DNA from: an uncultured Gammaproteobacteria bacterium
Lineage (GTDB): Bacteria > Patescibacteriota > Patescibacteriia > Magasanikbacterales > UBA922
Assembly (NCBI GenBank): GCA_964519725.1
Contig: CAZFKS010000005.1
Coordinates: 6,024-70,023, forward strand
Direction: 5' to 3'
DNA: 64,000 bases
Shown here: piece after piece, positions 10,252 to 20,302 of the stretch
How the letters are laid out: the number at the start of each line of letters is the position of its first letter
How positions within the stretch are numbered: position 1 is the first letter of the stretch
Translations under genes and position numbers: made by a program
The notes under the pieces: model-generated
The model's database searches: none
Seen by the model: the letters and a program-made list of their open reading frames with translations, nothing else
What the model was told of the DNA's origin: nothing

Positions 10252-11334
10252 ATGCCAAAAATGTCTCAAGAACAACAGTCTAAAATGAAGGCCGCGGCCT
10301 CAGCTATTGATCAGATTAAAGAAAAGTTTGGTGATAATGCCATCATGCGCTTTGGTGAAGCCAAAAGTAGCCAAGTTGATGCCGTTCCAACTGGTTCGCT
10401 CTCTCTTGATATTGCGCTTGGGGTAAAAGGTGTGCCACGCGGTCGTATTATTGAAGTCTTTGGACCAGAAGCTAGTGGTAAAACCACCTTAGCTCAACAT
10501 ATTATTGCCGAAGTCCAACGTCGTGGTGGAATTGCCGCGTTTGTAGATGCTGAACATGCCCTTGACCCTGATTATGCGCGCAAAATTGGGGTAGACGTCG
10601 ACAACATGCTGATTTCTCAGCCAGATACTGGTGAACAAGCTCTCGAAATCGTGGAAACTTTGGTGCGTTCCAATGCCGTTGACGTGGTAGTGGTTGACTC
10701 AGTCGCTGCCTTGGTGCCAAAAGCGGAAATTGAAGGTGAAATGGGTGACTCACACATGGGTCTCCAGGCTCGGCTCATGAGTCAAGCCCTTCGCAAACTG
10801 ACTGGTATTATTAGTAAAACCAACACCGTGGTAATTTTCATTAACCAAATCCGCCAAAAAATTGGTGTATTCTTTGGTAATCCAGAAACTACCACTGGTG
10901 GTAATGCGCTGAAATTCTACTGTTCAGTGCGCATTGAAGTTCGCCGTGCTGCCCAAATTAAGCAAGGTGAAAAAATTATTGGTAACCGGGTGAAAGTTAA
11001 GGTAGTAAAAAACAAAGTGGCCGCCCCATTCCGCACGACTGAGTTTGATATCATGTATAACGAAGGTATTTCTGTAGCTGGTGATGTGCTTGATACTGGC
11101 GTGCTCCACCGCGTTATTGCCAAGTCTGGTAACAGTTACTCATTTGGCGAAGAAAAACTGGGGGTTGGTCGTGAAAAAGCCAAGCAATTCCTCAAGGAAA
11201 ATCCCCCACTCATTGCTGAAATAGTAGACAAAGTGTGGGAAGCAGTTATGCGCGGTGAATTACCTGAAGAAGAAAAAGGTAAACCAGGTGAAGCCGAGGA
11301 CATGGATGACGAAGTTCCGCCACCACTAGAATAA
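10252..11334 (+). CDS. recA: recombinase RecA
   Basis: [36 protein letters not shown] and other canonical RecA motifs. 360 aa with an acidic C-terminal tail. Confidence 0.97.
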   Translation: MPKMSQEQQSKMKAAASAIDQIKEKFGDNAIMRFGEAKSSQVDAVPTGSLSLDIALGVKGVPRGRIIEVFGPEASGKTTLAQHIIAEVQRRGGIAAFVDAEHALDPDYARKIGVDVDNMLISQPDTGEQALEIVETLVRSNAVDVVVVDSVAALVPKAEIEGEMGDSHMGLQARLMSQALRKLTGIISKTNTVVIFINQIRQKIGVFFGNPETTTGGNALKFYCSVRIEVRRAAQIKQGEKIIGNRVKVKVVKNKVAAPFRTTEFDIMYNEGISVAGDVLDTGVLHRVIAKSGNSYSFGEEKLGVGREKAKQFLKENPPLIAEIVDKVWEAVMRGELPEEEKGKPGEAEDMDDEVPPPLE

Positions 11335-11343
11335 AGTGAAAAT

Positions 11344-11380
11344 AAAAAAATCCTCTGTCAGTCGGCAGAGGATTTTTTTA
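11344..11380. terminator. bidirectional intrinsic terminator
   Basis: Hairpin aatcctctg ... cagaggatt flanked by A and T runs, between convergent recA and the SpoIID-like gene. Confidence 0.6.
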
Positions 11381-13231
11381 TTAGTAAATCCGGTGTAATT
11401 CAACGCCTGTGTAATAATATTTAATTAGTTGTACCCAATCAAGTTTTTCTTCTTCGGCTTTAATGGCCGCGTCACGCTGAGACATGCCAATTCCATGACC
11501 AAACATTGATTTATTATCGCGCTCATCATAAATCGCTGGGACTGAAACGAGCCAAGGTCGCTTTGCACCCCAAACCTCAGCCCAACTGCGCGTACGGCCA
11601 TCACTATTACCAAAATATGGTGTAATCACGACTTCATTATTATAGGTTACCATTTGTCCTCGAGTGGTATTTACGGCATCAATAAAGCGCGGCATAGCCG
11701 GTTCATTGGCTGCGCCTAAGTAGAGCTGATCACCAGTAGTAGCCACCACATCAAAGAACCGACTATCGTGTTTACTGGTAGTCTGAATGTAGTAAGCATA
11801 AGTCCGCTGGGCCACGGCCTGGGCTTTTAGATATTCAATTGGCGAACTATTCGCATTTTCCCCCATCCCAATCATGTAATCTTCAAAATTCAAATCATTA
11901 ATTAAATACAAGGAATTATTTTGGTCCTGAGCCTGACGCAATTCAAGTCCGCCGCGGTATTGATTGTAATTTCGACTGCGGCCAGAAATTTTACGCTCGT
12001 AATTAGAAATAGTAATAATCGCGTGTGGGTTAGTGGCTGGTTCAACCCGAATAAAAGTGCCTGAGGTGACACTAATTCCCTCAGCTTCAAATTTATAGGT
12101 TCCGCTTTTGAAACTTAATGTACCCACTGTGTTACGTGGTAAGGTGGCGAGAATGCCGGTTGCATCAACCACATTATAATCATCTTCAGCTGAAATTACT
12201 TTGGCCAGTCCTCCAGTTGGTTCTTTCCACAGTCCAACCCGAATGCGTGGCTCAGTGGCTAAGCGTGGTGATTCAGTTAAAAAGCCATAACCAGGCGCGG
12301 CTGTACCAGCAAATGGCTCAGTGTAATCACCTGGCGCATCAGCCGTCACGGTAATTGGAATTTTAATATCAGCGGTAGTTGGATTTTCCCCTTTAAAAGT
12401 CACTTTAAATTTAGCTTCATAGGTTCCAGTTTTAGGGGGCGCGCGGAAAGTAATTTGGTCACGCCAAAATTGGTCTTTGGGCACGCTAATGGTTTTATCT
12501 AAGGCCACTTGTCGACTAGACCAATTCACATCAGCCACATTGGTTGGTCCAGTTTGTTCAATAGTGGCCGCAGTCCAGGCAGTTTTCCCAATGTTTTGGT
12601 AACCAAATAACAACACTACTGGTTCACCCCCAGTGGTGTTCACGGTTTTTGGATTTAAAAAAATACGATTAGCGGTGCTATCAGTACTCGCACTTGGTTC
12701 AGTCACCACACTACTACTTGGCGGTGCCGTTACTTTAATTTTAACAAAAAAGTAACCATTTTTTACCCAGGAATAATTTTCTGAAGCCAGATAAAATTTT
12801 TCCGTATATTCACCAGGCTTCAAAGTGGCCGGCGCTTTAAATGTCACGGTTAATTTACCAGTTTGTCCAGGTTTAACCGTAGTCGCAATTTTTCCAGTTT
12901 GTTTGGCGGTGGTCCAATCTGACGCAAAAAACGCAGATTTTCGGTCGCGCGGTTCCATGGTGTAGGCCGAAATGTATTGGCCAGTGGAGGACCAAGTAGC
13001 GGTACCAGTATTTTTGAAAGTGAAAGTGATCGCCTTGCTAGTCCCAGCCTGGATTGTAACTGGGTCAGGCGCCGATTGGCTGACCAAACTAGCTGAATAA
13101 GCAGGATCTTTAACCGTGACTTGAGGCGTGGCCGCGTGCACCAAACTAGGAAAAATAGCTGCACCAAGCCAGAAAAAAAGTGAAAGAAAAGTTAATTTAT
13201 TTCGACGCATAGGTAGTTTGTATTTTACCAA
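11381..13231 (-). CDS. secreted SpoIID/LytB-domain protein with N-terminal tandem Ig-like repeats
   Basis: Signal peptide (MRRNKLTFLSLFFWLGAAIFPSLVHAA; alternative start at 13210). The C-terminus carries the SpoIID/LytB signature (YLKAQAVAQRTYAYY ... TPYFGNSDGRTRSWAEVWG). Repeated TFKNTGTATW-like beta-sandwich segments precede it. Confidence 0.8.
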   Translation of the reverse strand: MVKYKLPMRRNKLTFLSLFFWLGAAIFPSLVHAATPQVTVKDPAYSASLVSQSAPDPVTIQAGTSKAITFTFKNTGTATWSSTGQYISAYTMEPRDRKSAFFASDWTTAKQTGKIATTVKPGQTGKLTVTFKAPATLKPGEYTEKFYLASENYSWVKNGYFFVKIKVTAPPSSSVVTEPSASTDSTANRIFLNPKTVNTTGGEPVVLLFGYQNIGKTAWTAATIEQTGPTNVADVNWSSRQVALDKTISVPKDQFWRDQITFRAPPKTGTYEAKFKVTFKGENPTTADIKIPITVTADAPGDYTEPFAGTAAPGYGFLTESPRLATEPRIRVGLWKEPTGGLAKVISAEDDYNVVDATGILATLPRNTVGTLSFKSGTYKFEAEGISVTSGTFIRVEPATNPHAIITISNYERKISGRSRNYNQYRGGLELRQAQDQNNSLYLINDLNFEDYMIGMGENANSSPIEYLKAQAVAQRTYAYYIQTTSKHDSRFFDVVATTGDQLYLGAANEPAMPRFIDAVNTTRGQMVTYNNEVVITPYFGNSDGRTRSWAEVWGAKRPWLVSVPAIYDERDNKSMFGHGIGMSQRDAAIKAEEEKLDWVQLIKYYYTGVELHRIY

Positions 13232-13288
13232 AAATTGCCCGGCCGGGCAATTGAAAATTTGGATAAAATAAGGTTAAATACAGGCACT

Positions 13289-14722
13289 ATGTCAGTGACG
13301 CAAAAAATCGCTCAAAATACCATTATTCAAATTGGTGGGAAAGTAATTTCTACTGCCCTTGGCCTAATTGGAATTGGACTCTTGGCCCGATATTTAGGTG
13401 TCGAACGCTTTGGCTGGTACACCACGGCCATTACTTTTTTGCAATTTGCCGGAATTTTAATTGATTTTGGGCTGATTCCAGTAACCGCGCAAATGCTTGG
13501 GGCTGGCAAATATGCACAAAATATTTTACTGAAAAATTTACTTGCCTACCGGTTTGTTACGGCCCTAGTCTTCTTTGGTATTACACCGCTCGTAGCCCTG
13601 TTATTTCACCAGTACCCGATTGAAGTTAAACTCGCGATCGCCCTATTATCAGTGTCATTTTTGGCCATTGCCATGAATCAAGTGTTGACTGGCTATTTTC
13701 AAAAAGAACTCAGCATGCAAACTCCAGTTCTAGGTGAAATTGTGGGCCGGATTGTTTTAGTGGCTGGTTTATTAATTGGCCAAAAATTACAGGTTAGTTT
13801 TCTGACTACGATGGGCGTAATTGCGGCGGCAAGTTTAGCTTACACAACGGTTTTATGGCTTGGTGTAAAACGCCGCGAACCAGCTGGTTTCCGGTTTGAT
13901 TGGCCAATTTGGCGCGCGATTACTATAACTATGTGGCCAATTGCCGTGTCAGTTATTTTCAATGTGGTGTATTTAAAAGGTGATACCATTTTGCTGTCAC
14001 TGTACCGATCGCAAACTGAAGTTGGTTTATACGGCGCAGCTTACCGCGTGATTGATATTTTGGCTCAACTGGCTATGCTCATGATGGGAGTAGTTTTACC
14101 AATTTTAGCCAGTAATTTTGCGCGTAAAAATTGGACTGAATTTAAAGAACAATACCAAACTGGTTTTGATTCACTCATGCTGCTGGCCGTGCCCGTAGTG
14201 TTTGGGATTTGGTTATTAGCTGAACCAATTATGACGTTTGTGGCTGGCCCAGAATTTTTGGCTAGTGGCCACATGCTCCGGATTTTATCGCTCGCCATTT
14301 TTGGTGTTTATTTGGGCGCTTTATTTGGTCACACGGCTGTGGCCATTGGGAAACAAAAAGCCACGATGTGGATTTATATTTCTGATGCGATCATTACCTT
14401 AGCCGGCTATTTGTATGTCATTCCCCGCTTTGGTTGGTTTGGTGCAGCCACACTCACGGTTTTTTCTGAGCTGTACGCTGGTATCTTACTCGCCTTACTG
14501 ATTAGTCATTATTCACCGGCCAAATTAAACTTTAAAAAATTTGGCAAAATTATTATTGCGTCACTCCTCATGGTTGGCGCCCTCCTTTTAATTGGTGATT
14601 TTTCTTTACTCCTCTTAATTCCAGTTGGCGCCCTGGTTTACCTGGGCACACTGTATGTGCTGGGTGGATTTTCTCTACAAAATTTGCGCGCTTTATTTAG
14701 ACCAACAACGTCTTTGCACTAA
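13289..14722 (+). CDS. polysaccharide biosynthesis protein / Wzx-MurJ-like flippase (MOP superfamily)
   Basis: Start chosen at MSVTQKIAQNTIIQIGGKVISTALGLIGIGLLARYLG, typical of the PF01943 N-terminus. About 12 TM helices; the ORF track start at 13235 is a likely over-extension. Confidence 0.75.
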   Translation: MSVTQKIAQNTIIQIGGKVISTALGLIGIGLLARYLGVERFGWYTTAITFLQFAGILIDFGLIPVTAQMLGAGKYAQNILLKNLLAYRFVTALVFFGITPLVALLFHQYPIEVKLAIALLSVSFLAIAMNQVLTGYFQKELSMQTPVLGEIVGRIVLVAGLLIGQKLQVSFLTTMGVIAAASLAYTTVLWLGVKRREPAGFRFDWPIWRAITITMWPIAVSVIFNVVYLKGDTILLSLYRSQTEVGLYGAAYRVIDILAQLAMLMMGVVLPILASNFARKNWTEFKEQYQTGFDSLMLLAVPVVFGIWLLAEPIMTFVAGPEFLASGHMLRILSLAIFGVYLGALFGHTAVAIGKQKATMWIYISDAIITLAGYLYVIPRFGWFGAATLTVFSELYAGILLALLISHYSPAKLNFKKFGKIIIASLLMVGALLLIGDFSLLLLIPVGALVYLGTLYVLGGFSLQNLRALFRPTTSLH

Positions 14723-14723
14723 T

Positions 14724-15917
14724 ATGGTTTGGCTGCTCACTGGTTTATTTGCGCTTTTACCCCTGTATTTACTGCGCTTTCAGCTTGGGCCATTACCAAC
14801 CACAGCCCTAGAAATTTTAGTGTGGTTAGTAGTTGGTGTTTGGATTTTTGAAAAAATTAAAACCCGTCAATTTAATTTTAATGTTCCGAACCAGAAATTA
14901 TTTTTAATTTCAACTGCCTTATTTTTACTAGGGGCAACTATTGGCGTGTTGGTTAGTCCGAATTTACGCGCGGCTCTTGGTGAATGGAAAGCATTTTACG
15001 TTGAGCCCGTGTTAATTGGTTTAATTATTTTAGATACTGTTAAGACTAAGGCTGAGGCCAATAAAATATTGCTCGGACTTTTACTCGGCGCGCTTTTAAC
15101 TGCCCTGCTTGGCACGTACCAACACTTTACGGGCTGGCTTGTACCCTACAGTTTTTGGGCCAATCGCAATACTTACCGTGTGACCAGTGTGTATGGTTTT
15201 CCTAATGGGGTTGGTTTATTATTGGCCCCATTATTGCCTATTAGTATTTATTTAACCCGGGAATACTGGGCCAAAGTCACTCGCCAAAAGTCCGCGCTCG
15301 CTCTCAGCGCCATTATTTTATTCATTGTTTTTGCACCGCTGGCGATTGTCTTTGCTAAAACTACCGCGGCTCTGGTTGGTTTAGCGGCTGGCCTGGGCGT
15401 GTTATTACTTTGTTTTAAACGAGCGCGTTTACCAACGGTAATTCTTGGTTTAATTTCATTTATTAGTTTATTTTTCTTGCCACCCAATCCAATCACGAAT
15501 GAACTTCTAGCCCGTGATTTTTCTGGACAACTCCGCCGTGATATTTGGACTGAGACAATCACATACTTAAAAATGCACCCAGTGGTTGGTACTGGCGTGG
15601 CTGGTTACGCTACTGAAATTGCGTCACTGCGACATAATAAAAACATTGAAGTTTTCCACCACCCTCATAATATTTTTTTAACACTGTGGGTGAATATTGG
15701 TTTAATTGGTCTCATTGGTTTTATTGGCTTACTGGTATGGTTTGGTAAAACAATTTGGCCACTAACTGGCTCCAATCGGGCGTTCAAAATTACTTTACTG
15801 GTCACCATGACGGTTTGGCTTACCATGGGTTTGGTGGATTCACCGTATATTAAAAATGACTGGGCCTTAATCTTTTGGCTCTACCTCTGCCTAGCTAAAT
15901 TGGCTCCTGAAAAATAA
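14724..15917 (+). CDS. O-antigen ligase (Wzy_C) family membrane protein
   Basis: Polytopic membrane protein with a periplasmic loop containing HPHNIFLTLWVNIGLIGLIGF. Start at MVWLLTG directly after the flippase stop; the ORF track start at 14625 overlaps the upstream gene. Confidence 0.75.
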   Translation: MVWLLTGLFALLPLYLLRFQLGPLPTTALEILVWLVVGVWIFEKIKTRQFNFNVPNQKLFLISTALFLLGATIGVLVSPNLRAALGEWKAFYVEPVLIGLIILDTVKTKAEANKILLGLLLGALLTALLGTYQHFTGWLVPYSFWANRNTYRVTSVYGFPNGVGLLLAPLLPISIYLTREYWAKVTRQKSALALSAIILFIVFAPLAIVFAKTTAALVGLAAGLGVLLLCFKRARLPTVILGLISFISLFFLPPNPITNELLARDFSGQLRRDIWTETITYLKMHPVVGTGVAGYATEIASLRHNKNIEVFHHPHNIFLTLWVNIGLIGLIGFIGLLVWFGKTIWPLTGSNRAFKITLLVTMTVWLTMGLVDSPYIKNDWALIFWLYLCLAKLAPEK

Positions 15918-15948
15918 AAAATATTGGCTCATCTTAGCCAATATTTTA
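15915..15948 (+). terminator. AT-rich perfect hairpin terminator
   Basis: aatattggct-catctt-agccaatatt followed by T residues. Confidence 0.45.
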
Positions 15949-15958
15949 TATATAATGG

Positions 15959-17581
15959 TTGACAAGGCAAGACAGTCTTGATACACTGTTTACACGTATG
16001 AATTCTGTTGAACCTGACAGTGCTTTGGCCAAATCGGCCGCAACCCTTGAAAATGTCACCCGCCTCCGCGAGGCTAACTTGTCTAAAAGACCAGTTTTGC
16101 AAGATATCTTAAAAAAACACGGCACCCGCTCCGTGTTTCGTTTTATTAAAGAATACACCACTAAACCTTTGCCCGCTCCAGACACAGCGCGGCAAGAAGA
16201 ATTTTTAGCGGCTTTTCACGCCGAAGTTGAACCACGGTTAGGCAAAGCCAGTGCTGACCGCGGTGTGCGTCAGTTGCGCAAATATTATTATGTTTCAACC
16301 ACTGACCACTTTGGCCCAATGTATCACCCTTGGGTATTTAACTTTAATTTACTCGCTGCTGCGGCCTGTCGCGATACTGAAGATGATGATTTAAGTGCGG
16401 TAATTACTTTGGCCTGTTCTAATGTTTCACTAAATAATTTTTCTTTCCCCCGCGGGCTCATGTTTACTACGGCTGGTGAAGATGGCAAAGCCAAGCACAA
16501 TCGTTTGGCCTTTTTGCCAAGTAATGCGCATTCCTATCCGGTTTACAATTTCCGCCCCTATGTTCAGGCTGATATTGATAAAATTAAAAAATTAGTGCCT
16601 GATCAATTGAAAAATGTTTTGCACGCCGCCGAGTTAAAAGAAAAATTGTTTGATATTTTAGATAGTATTTACGCAGCTCCAGACGTACTAGCGGCCAAAA
16701 ATTACGCTGACCAAGTGTCGATTACTAACCAACGTTTGTGGCGTGAACTGCAGTGTGATTGTACTGATCATAAACAAATTGATTTTATCTACATTGAACA
16801 AGAACGGGTCGTGGCTCGATTACTTACTGAACACCATTTAACTCCAGACAGTCCGATTGGGGCGCGGTTATTTGATAAAGCTGCGGCCGAACGCTTACTC
16901 AAAGCTTTTGACCGTGTTCCAGAAGGATTTAATGCTGAAGCTGAAACTGGAACTTATTTGTTTTGGTACTTACCCCCACAAGATAAACACCGGGTGCGGT
17001 TAGTTTTTGCTGGGGACTCACTAAAATCAGCTGACGGCACAGTTTCAATTCCACTTACCAAAGAAGCAATTATTAGTGGCCTAGAAAAAGGTGAGTTGAT
17101 TCCAAGTGTACTGCTCACTTTCCTCATGATGTACTGCTACTATGGTGTAACTTGTCTTGGTGGTATGGGTCAAACTGGATATTTGCCGCAAATTCAAGCG
17201 GCTTGGTGTAAACTCATGACCGAAGAAAACCGAATAAATGAACTGAAAGTTTGTGAAAAATTGTATGGTAGCTATTTAGGTGGTGAAGTGACCGTAGCCT
17301 ACATTGATAGTTTGAACGGGGTATTTGCCCCGGCCACGTCACTTGATTTAATTCTATATGGTGATGACGACGCGCGCGCTTGTATTACTGGCCAGGCCAA
17401 GAGTATCACCTTAAATGAAGCCATGGACCCACTCTGGCCAGATGATTATCCAATGCACTTTAAATCTTGGGAACAAGACCCAGCTTTGGCCGCAATCACT
17501 AGTGAGGATATTGCAAAATTAACTGGTTTATCCGACCGAATTTCACCGTGCTTACACTTAGACTGTAAAATTTACCACTAA
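15959..17581 (+). CDS. hypothetical protein (540 aa; alternative start at 15998)
   Basis: Long ORF with host-like codon usage inside the envelope-glycan cluster. No domain recognised. Confidence 0.6.
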   Translation: MTRQDSLDTLFTRMNSVEPDSALAKSAATLENVTRLREANLSKRPVLQDILKKHGTRSVFRFIKEYTTKPLPAPDTARQEEFLAAFHAEVEPRLGKASADRGVRQLRKYYYVSTTDHFGPMYHPWVFNFNLLAAAACRDTEDDDLSAVITLACSNVSLNNFSFPRGLMFTTAGEDGKAKHNRLAFLPSNAHSYPVYNFRPYVQADIDKIKKLVPDQLKNVLHAAELKEKLFDILDSIYAAPDVLAAKNYADQVSITNQRLWRELQCDCTDHKQIDFIYIEQERVVARLLTEHHLTPDSPIGARLFDKAAAERLLKAFDRVPEGFNAEAETGTYLFWYLPPQDKHRVRLVFAGDSLKSADGTVSIPLTKEAIISGLEKGELIPSVLLTFLMMYCYYGVTCLGGMGQTGYLPQIQAAWCKLMTEENRINELKVCEKLYGSYLGGEVTVAYIDSLNGVFAPATSLDLILYGDDDARACITGQAKSITLNEAMDPLWPDDYPMHFKSWEQDPALAAITSEDIAKLTGLSDRISPCLHLDCKIYH

Positions 17582-17584
17582 AGT

Positions 17585-18250
17585 ATGTCTTATCGCGACA
17601 CTTTACTTGACCTCTGGGCCAAGCCGCACGATTATTTTGCCCAATCACACGCGGAAATGGTGCCGTTTGTGCCAGCCACTGCCAAAAAAATAATTGATAT
17701 TGGTTGTGGCAAAGGTGAATTAGGTGAACAAGTTAAAGTTGCGCGCCAGGCTGAAGTGTGGGGTTTAGAGATTGATACGTCTGCGGCTAGAGTTGCTGAA
17801 GGTAGACTCGATAAAGTTTTAACTGGCGACATTGTGGCGCTTTTGCCAGAACTGCCAGACAATTATTTTGATGCCATTATTTTCTGCGATATTTTAGAAC
17901 ACATTGTTGACCCGTTTTCACTACTCATAGCGATCAAGAAAAAACTTGCGCCTGGCGGGGTAGTAGTTTGTTCCATTCCCAATGTCCGGTATTTATTAAC
18001 TCTCAAAACTTTGTTCATTGATAAAGATTGGCATTACACGCACGAGGGCGTGCTCGACAAAACTCACCTGCGTTTTTTCACAGCCAAAAGTATTCGCGAC
18101 ATGCTTGAGGCGTTAGATTTTGAAGTTAAAACTTTGCAAGGCATTAACCCAATTGTGTCCTACAAATTTAGTATTTTAAATGTTCTCTCCCTTGGCTATT
18201 TATCTGATACGCGGTATATTCAGTTTGCTTGCGTGGCTAAACCTAATTAA
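17585..18250 (+). CDS. class I SAM-dependent methyltransferase
   Basis: Motif I IIDIGCGKGELGE, then VWGLEIDTSAA and FDAIIFCDILEHIVDP (Methyltransf_11/23-like). Confidence 0.85.
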   Translation: MSYRDTLLDLWAKPHDYFAQSHAEMVPFVPATAKKIIDIGCGKGELGEQVKVARQAEVWGLEIDTSAARVAEGRLDKVLTGDIVALLPELPDNYFDAIIFCDILEHIVDPFSLLIAIKKKLAPGGVVVCSIPNVRYLLTLKTLFIDKDWHYTHEGVLDKTHLRFFTAKSIRDMLEALDFEVKTLQGINPIVSYKFSILNVLSLGYLSDTRYIQFACVAKPN

Positions 18251-18252
18251 AT

Positions 18253-18873
18253 ATGATTCTCCTCCTCACTAATTTCATTGTTTCATTTATTGAACGCGTT
18301 GGTTATGTGGGCCTGGCCGCACTTATGGCCTTAGAAGCGATTATTGCACCAATTCCGAGTGAATTAATTGTGCCTTTTTCTGGATTTTTAATTAGTGATG
18401 GTCGTTTTTCTTGGCTGGGGGTTTTAATTGCCACCACCATTGGCAGCACAGTTGGTGCCTACGCTTTATATGCGCTTGGAAAATATGGTGGCCGACCACT
18501 CATTACCAAATGGGGTCACTGGGTATTTGTTAAACCAGAAGATATTACAAAAACGGAAAATTTTTTTGCGAATCATGGTCGCAAAGCAGTTTTCCTCAGT
18601 AAATTTGTGCCCATTGTGCGTAGCTATATTTCTTTGCCGGCTGGCTTATCCAACATGCCGCTTATTCCATTTTTTTTATATTCTACTATTGGCTCAATTA
18701 TTTGGAACAGCTTCTTGGTTTACCTTGGTTTTACCCTCAAAAATAACTGGGCAGAGGCCGCCGACAAAATTGGCCGGTATGACACACCAGCCAAAATCAT
18801 CGTGATCATGGCTATTCTTGTCTTTGTAGCCCGCCACATTTACAAAAACCGCCGCCAACCTAGTGCTGCTTAA
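18253..18873 (+). CDS. DedA/VTT-domain membrane protein
   Basis: GYVGLAALMALEAIIAPIPSELIVPFSGFL and KWGHWVF, consistent with the DedA family. Confidence 0.85.
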   Translation: MILLLTNFIVSFIERVGYVGLAALMALEAIIAPIPSELIVPFSGFLISDGRFSWLGVLIATTIGSTVGAYALYALGKYGGRPLITKWGHWVFVKPEDITKTENFFANHGRKAVFLSKFVPIVRSYISLPAGLSNMPLIPFFLYSTIGSIIWNSFLVYLGFTLKNNWAEAADKIGRYDTPAKIIVIMAILVFVARHIYKNRRQPSAA

Positions 18874-19789
18874 AGTGCTGCAACCGGAAATCTTGCCAAG
18901 CAACTTTATCAAAGTGTAAGTGCATTTGCGAAACTAAAATTCCAGCCATCACAATCGTTCCGCCCACAAATTGCGCATAATGAACTTCTTCACGCATGAA
19001 CACAAAGGCAACCGCGGTCGCAAATAAAGGATATAACGCATCATAAAAGGCGGCTTCACTGCCTTTTATTTTTGTTAGGGCCGCGTACCATAGTGATTGA
19101 GCGGCAATAATTGGAATGGCCACAATGAGCCCAATTGCCAGTAGTGAATCCTGATCAAACGACACTGTAATACTGCCCTCGACTGAGAAAAACATCATGC
19201 CCGCAAAAATCGTCAGCCCGCCAATAATATTACGGACAATTAAAACTAATTCATGGGACACATGACTAATTTTCTTTTTGTACAAAATATTGGCAAAAGC
19301 AAAGGCCACGGCCGCGAGTACAAAATAACTATCATTGAGGGAAAAGTGTGGTTTCACTGAAAACAAATCCGTGCTATAAGCAGCCAAACCAATTAAACTA
19401 ATAAAAATACCAACAACATGATTAAAATGAATTTTTTCTCGAAGCATGATTTTGGCTAAAATTACCATGAATGGTGTTTGGAGCGACAGCAGCAAAACTC
19501 CATTTAACACGGTGGAGTGCGCATAACCCATTTGCATACTGAGCGGCCCCACCACACCGGCCAAAAATCCCATTGATAAAAAAATGTAAAACGCTTTATG
19601 ATTATGCAGCCGACTGATTTTCTTGAGTTCGGGATAGACACCAAATGAAAATAATAAAATGCAGCCCGTTAAAATTTCGGTCAGGAACGCCACTACAGCT
19701 GGGCTATTGTGCGCCAACGCAAACTTCGACAAAGTTGGATAGGTCGCGAACAAAATAATGGACAAAATTGACTTGATTTTATTATTCAT
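18860..19789 (-). CDS. EamA/DMT-family transporter
   Basis: Ten TM helices with duplicated EamA-like halves. Confidence 0.8.
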   Translation of the reverse strand: MNNKIKSILSIILFATYPTLSKFALAHNSPAVVAFLTEILTGCILLFSFGVYPELKKISRLHNHKAFYIFLSMGFLAGVVGPLSMQMGYAHSTVLNGVLLLSLQTPFMVILAKIMLREKIHFNHVVGIFISLIGLAAYSTDLFSVKPHFSLNDSYFVLAAVAFAFANILYKKKISHVSHELVLIVRNIIGGLTIFAGMMFFSVEGSITVSFDQDSLLAIGLIVAIPIIAAQSLWYAALTKIKGSEAAFYDALYPLFATAVAFVFMREEVHYAQFVGGTIVMAGILVSQMHLHFDKVAWQDFRLQHFKQH

Positions 19790-19843
19790 AACCGGTAGGA
19801 TTGGCCCAGTATATCAAATTTTCGCACTGGCGAAAAATATTAC

Positions 19844-19933
<90 letters not shown>

Positions 19934-19975
19934 GATTGGCAACTTTGAACTTTTTAAAGCCAGTCATATAGCCAT

Positions 19976-20299
19976 ATGAAAGCAGCTATTAAGTGGATCT
20001 TAGGAGTAGTGCTCATAGTTTGGGTGCTTTCTGCTGCGCCGGGGCTCTTGGCGGGTATTTTTTGGGCAGATAGCAATGCTCCGTGGGAGAAAGTTGATGC
20101 CTTTTATTATCCTGATGCCAACAACCTTACAGAATGGGAAAACCAAATGGATGTGGGTTCAGTTCAGGCTTGTCGTGATTGGGTAGAAGATTCAGCAGCA
20201 GCAAAAGGCGATCCTAGTTTAGAGCGTGGTGACTACGAGTGTGGAGTTGGATGTAAAAGTAAGGATGGATTCAATGTCTGCCGCTTAACGGTTGATTAA
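19976..20299 (+). CDS. small secreted/anchored Cys-containing protein (107 aa) on the tRNA-Ser islet
   Basis: N-terminal hydrophobic signal/anchor with four Cys in the mature part. Codon usage (ata, aag, agg) differs from native genes. Confidence 0.5.
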   Translation: MKAAIKWILGVVLIVWVLSAAPGLLAGIFWADSNAPWEKVDAFYYPDANNLTEWENQMDVGSVQACRDWVEDSAAAKGDPSLERGDYECGVGCKSKDGFNVCRLTVD

Positions 20300-20302
20300 T
20301 TT

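Noticed and set aside
14625-14723. ORF-track N-terminal extensions (for example 14625 for the ligase-like gene, 35868 for permease 1, 57261 for tkt, 22299 for the coiled-coil protein, 27760 for the antiporter).
   Set aside because: The extensions overlap upstream genes or GC-rich islets and lack the conserved N-terminal motifs. Internal ATGs aligning with family N-termini were preferred.
15941-15960. TATAAT and TTGACA hexamers upstream of the 540-aa gene.
   Set aside because: The order is inverted (-10-like element precedes the -35-like element), so they do not form a functional sigma70 promoter on either strand.
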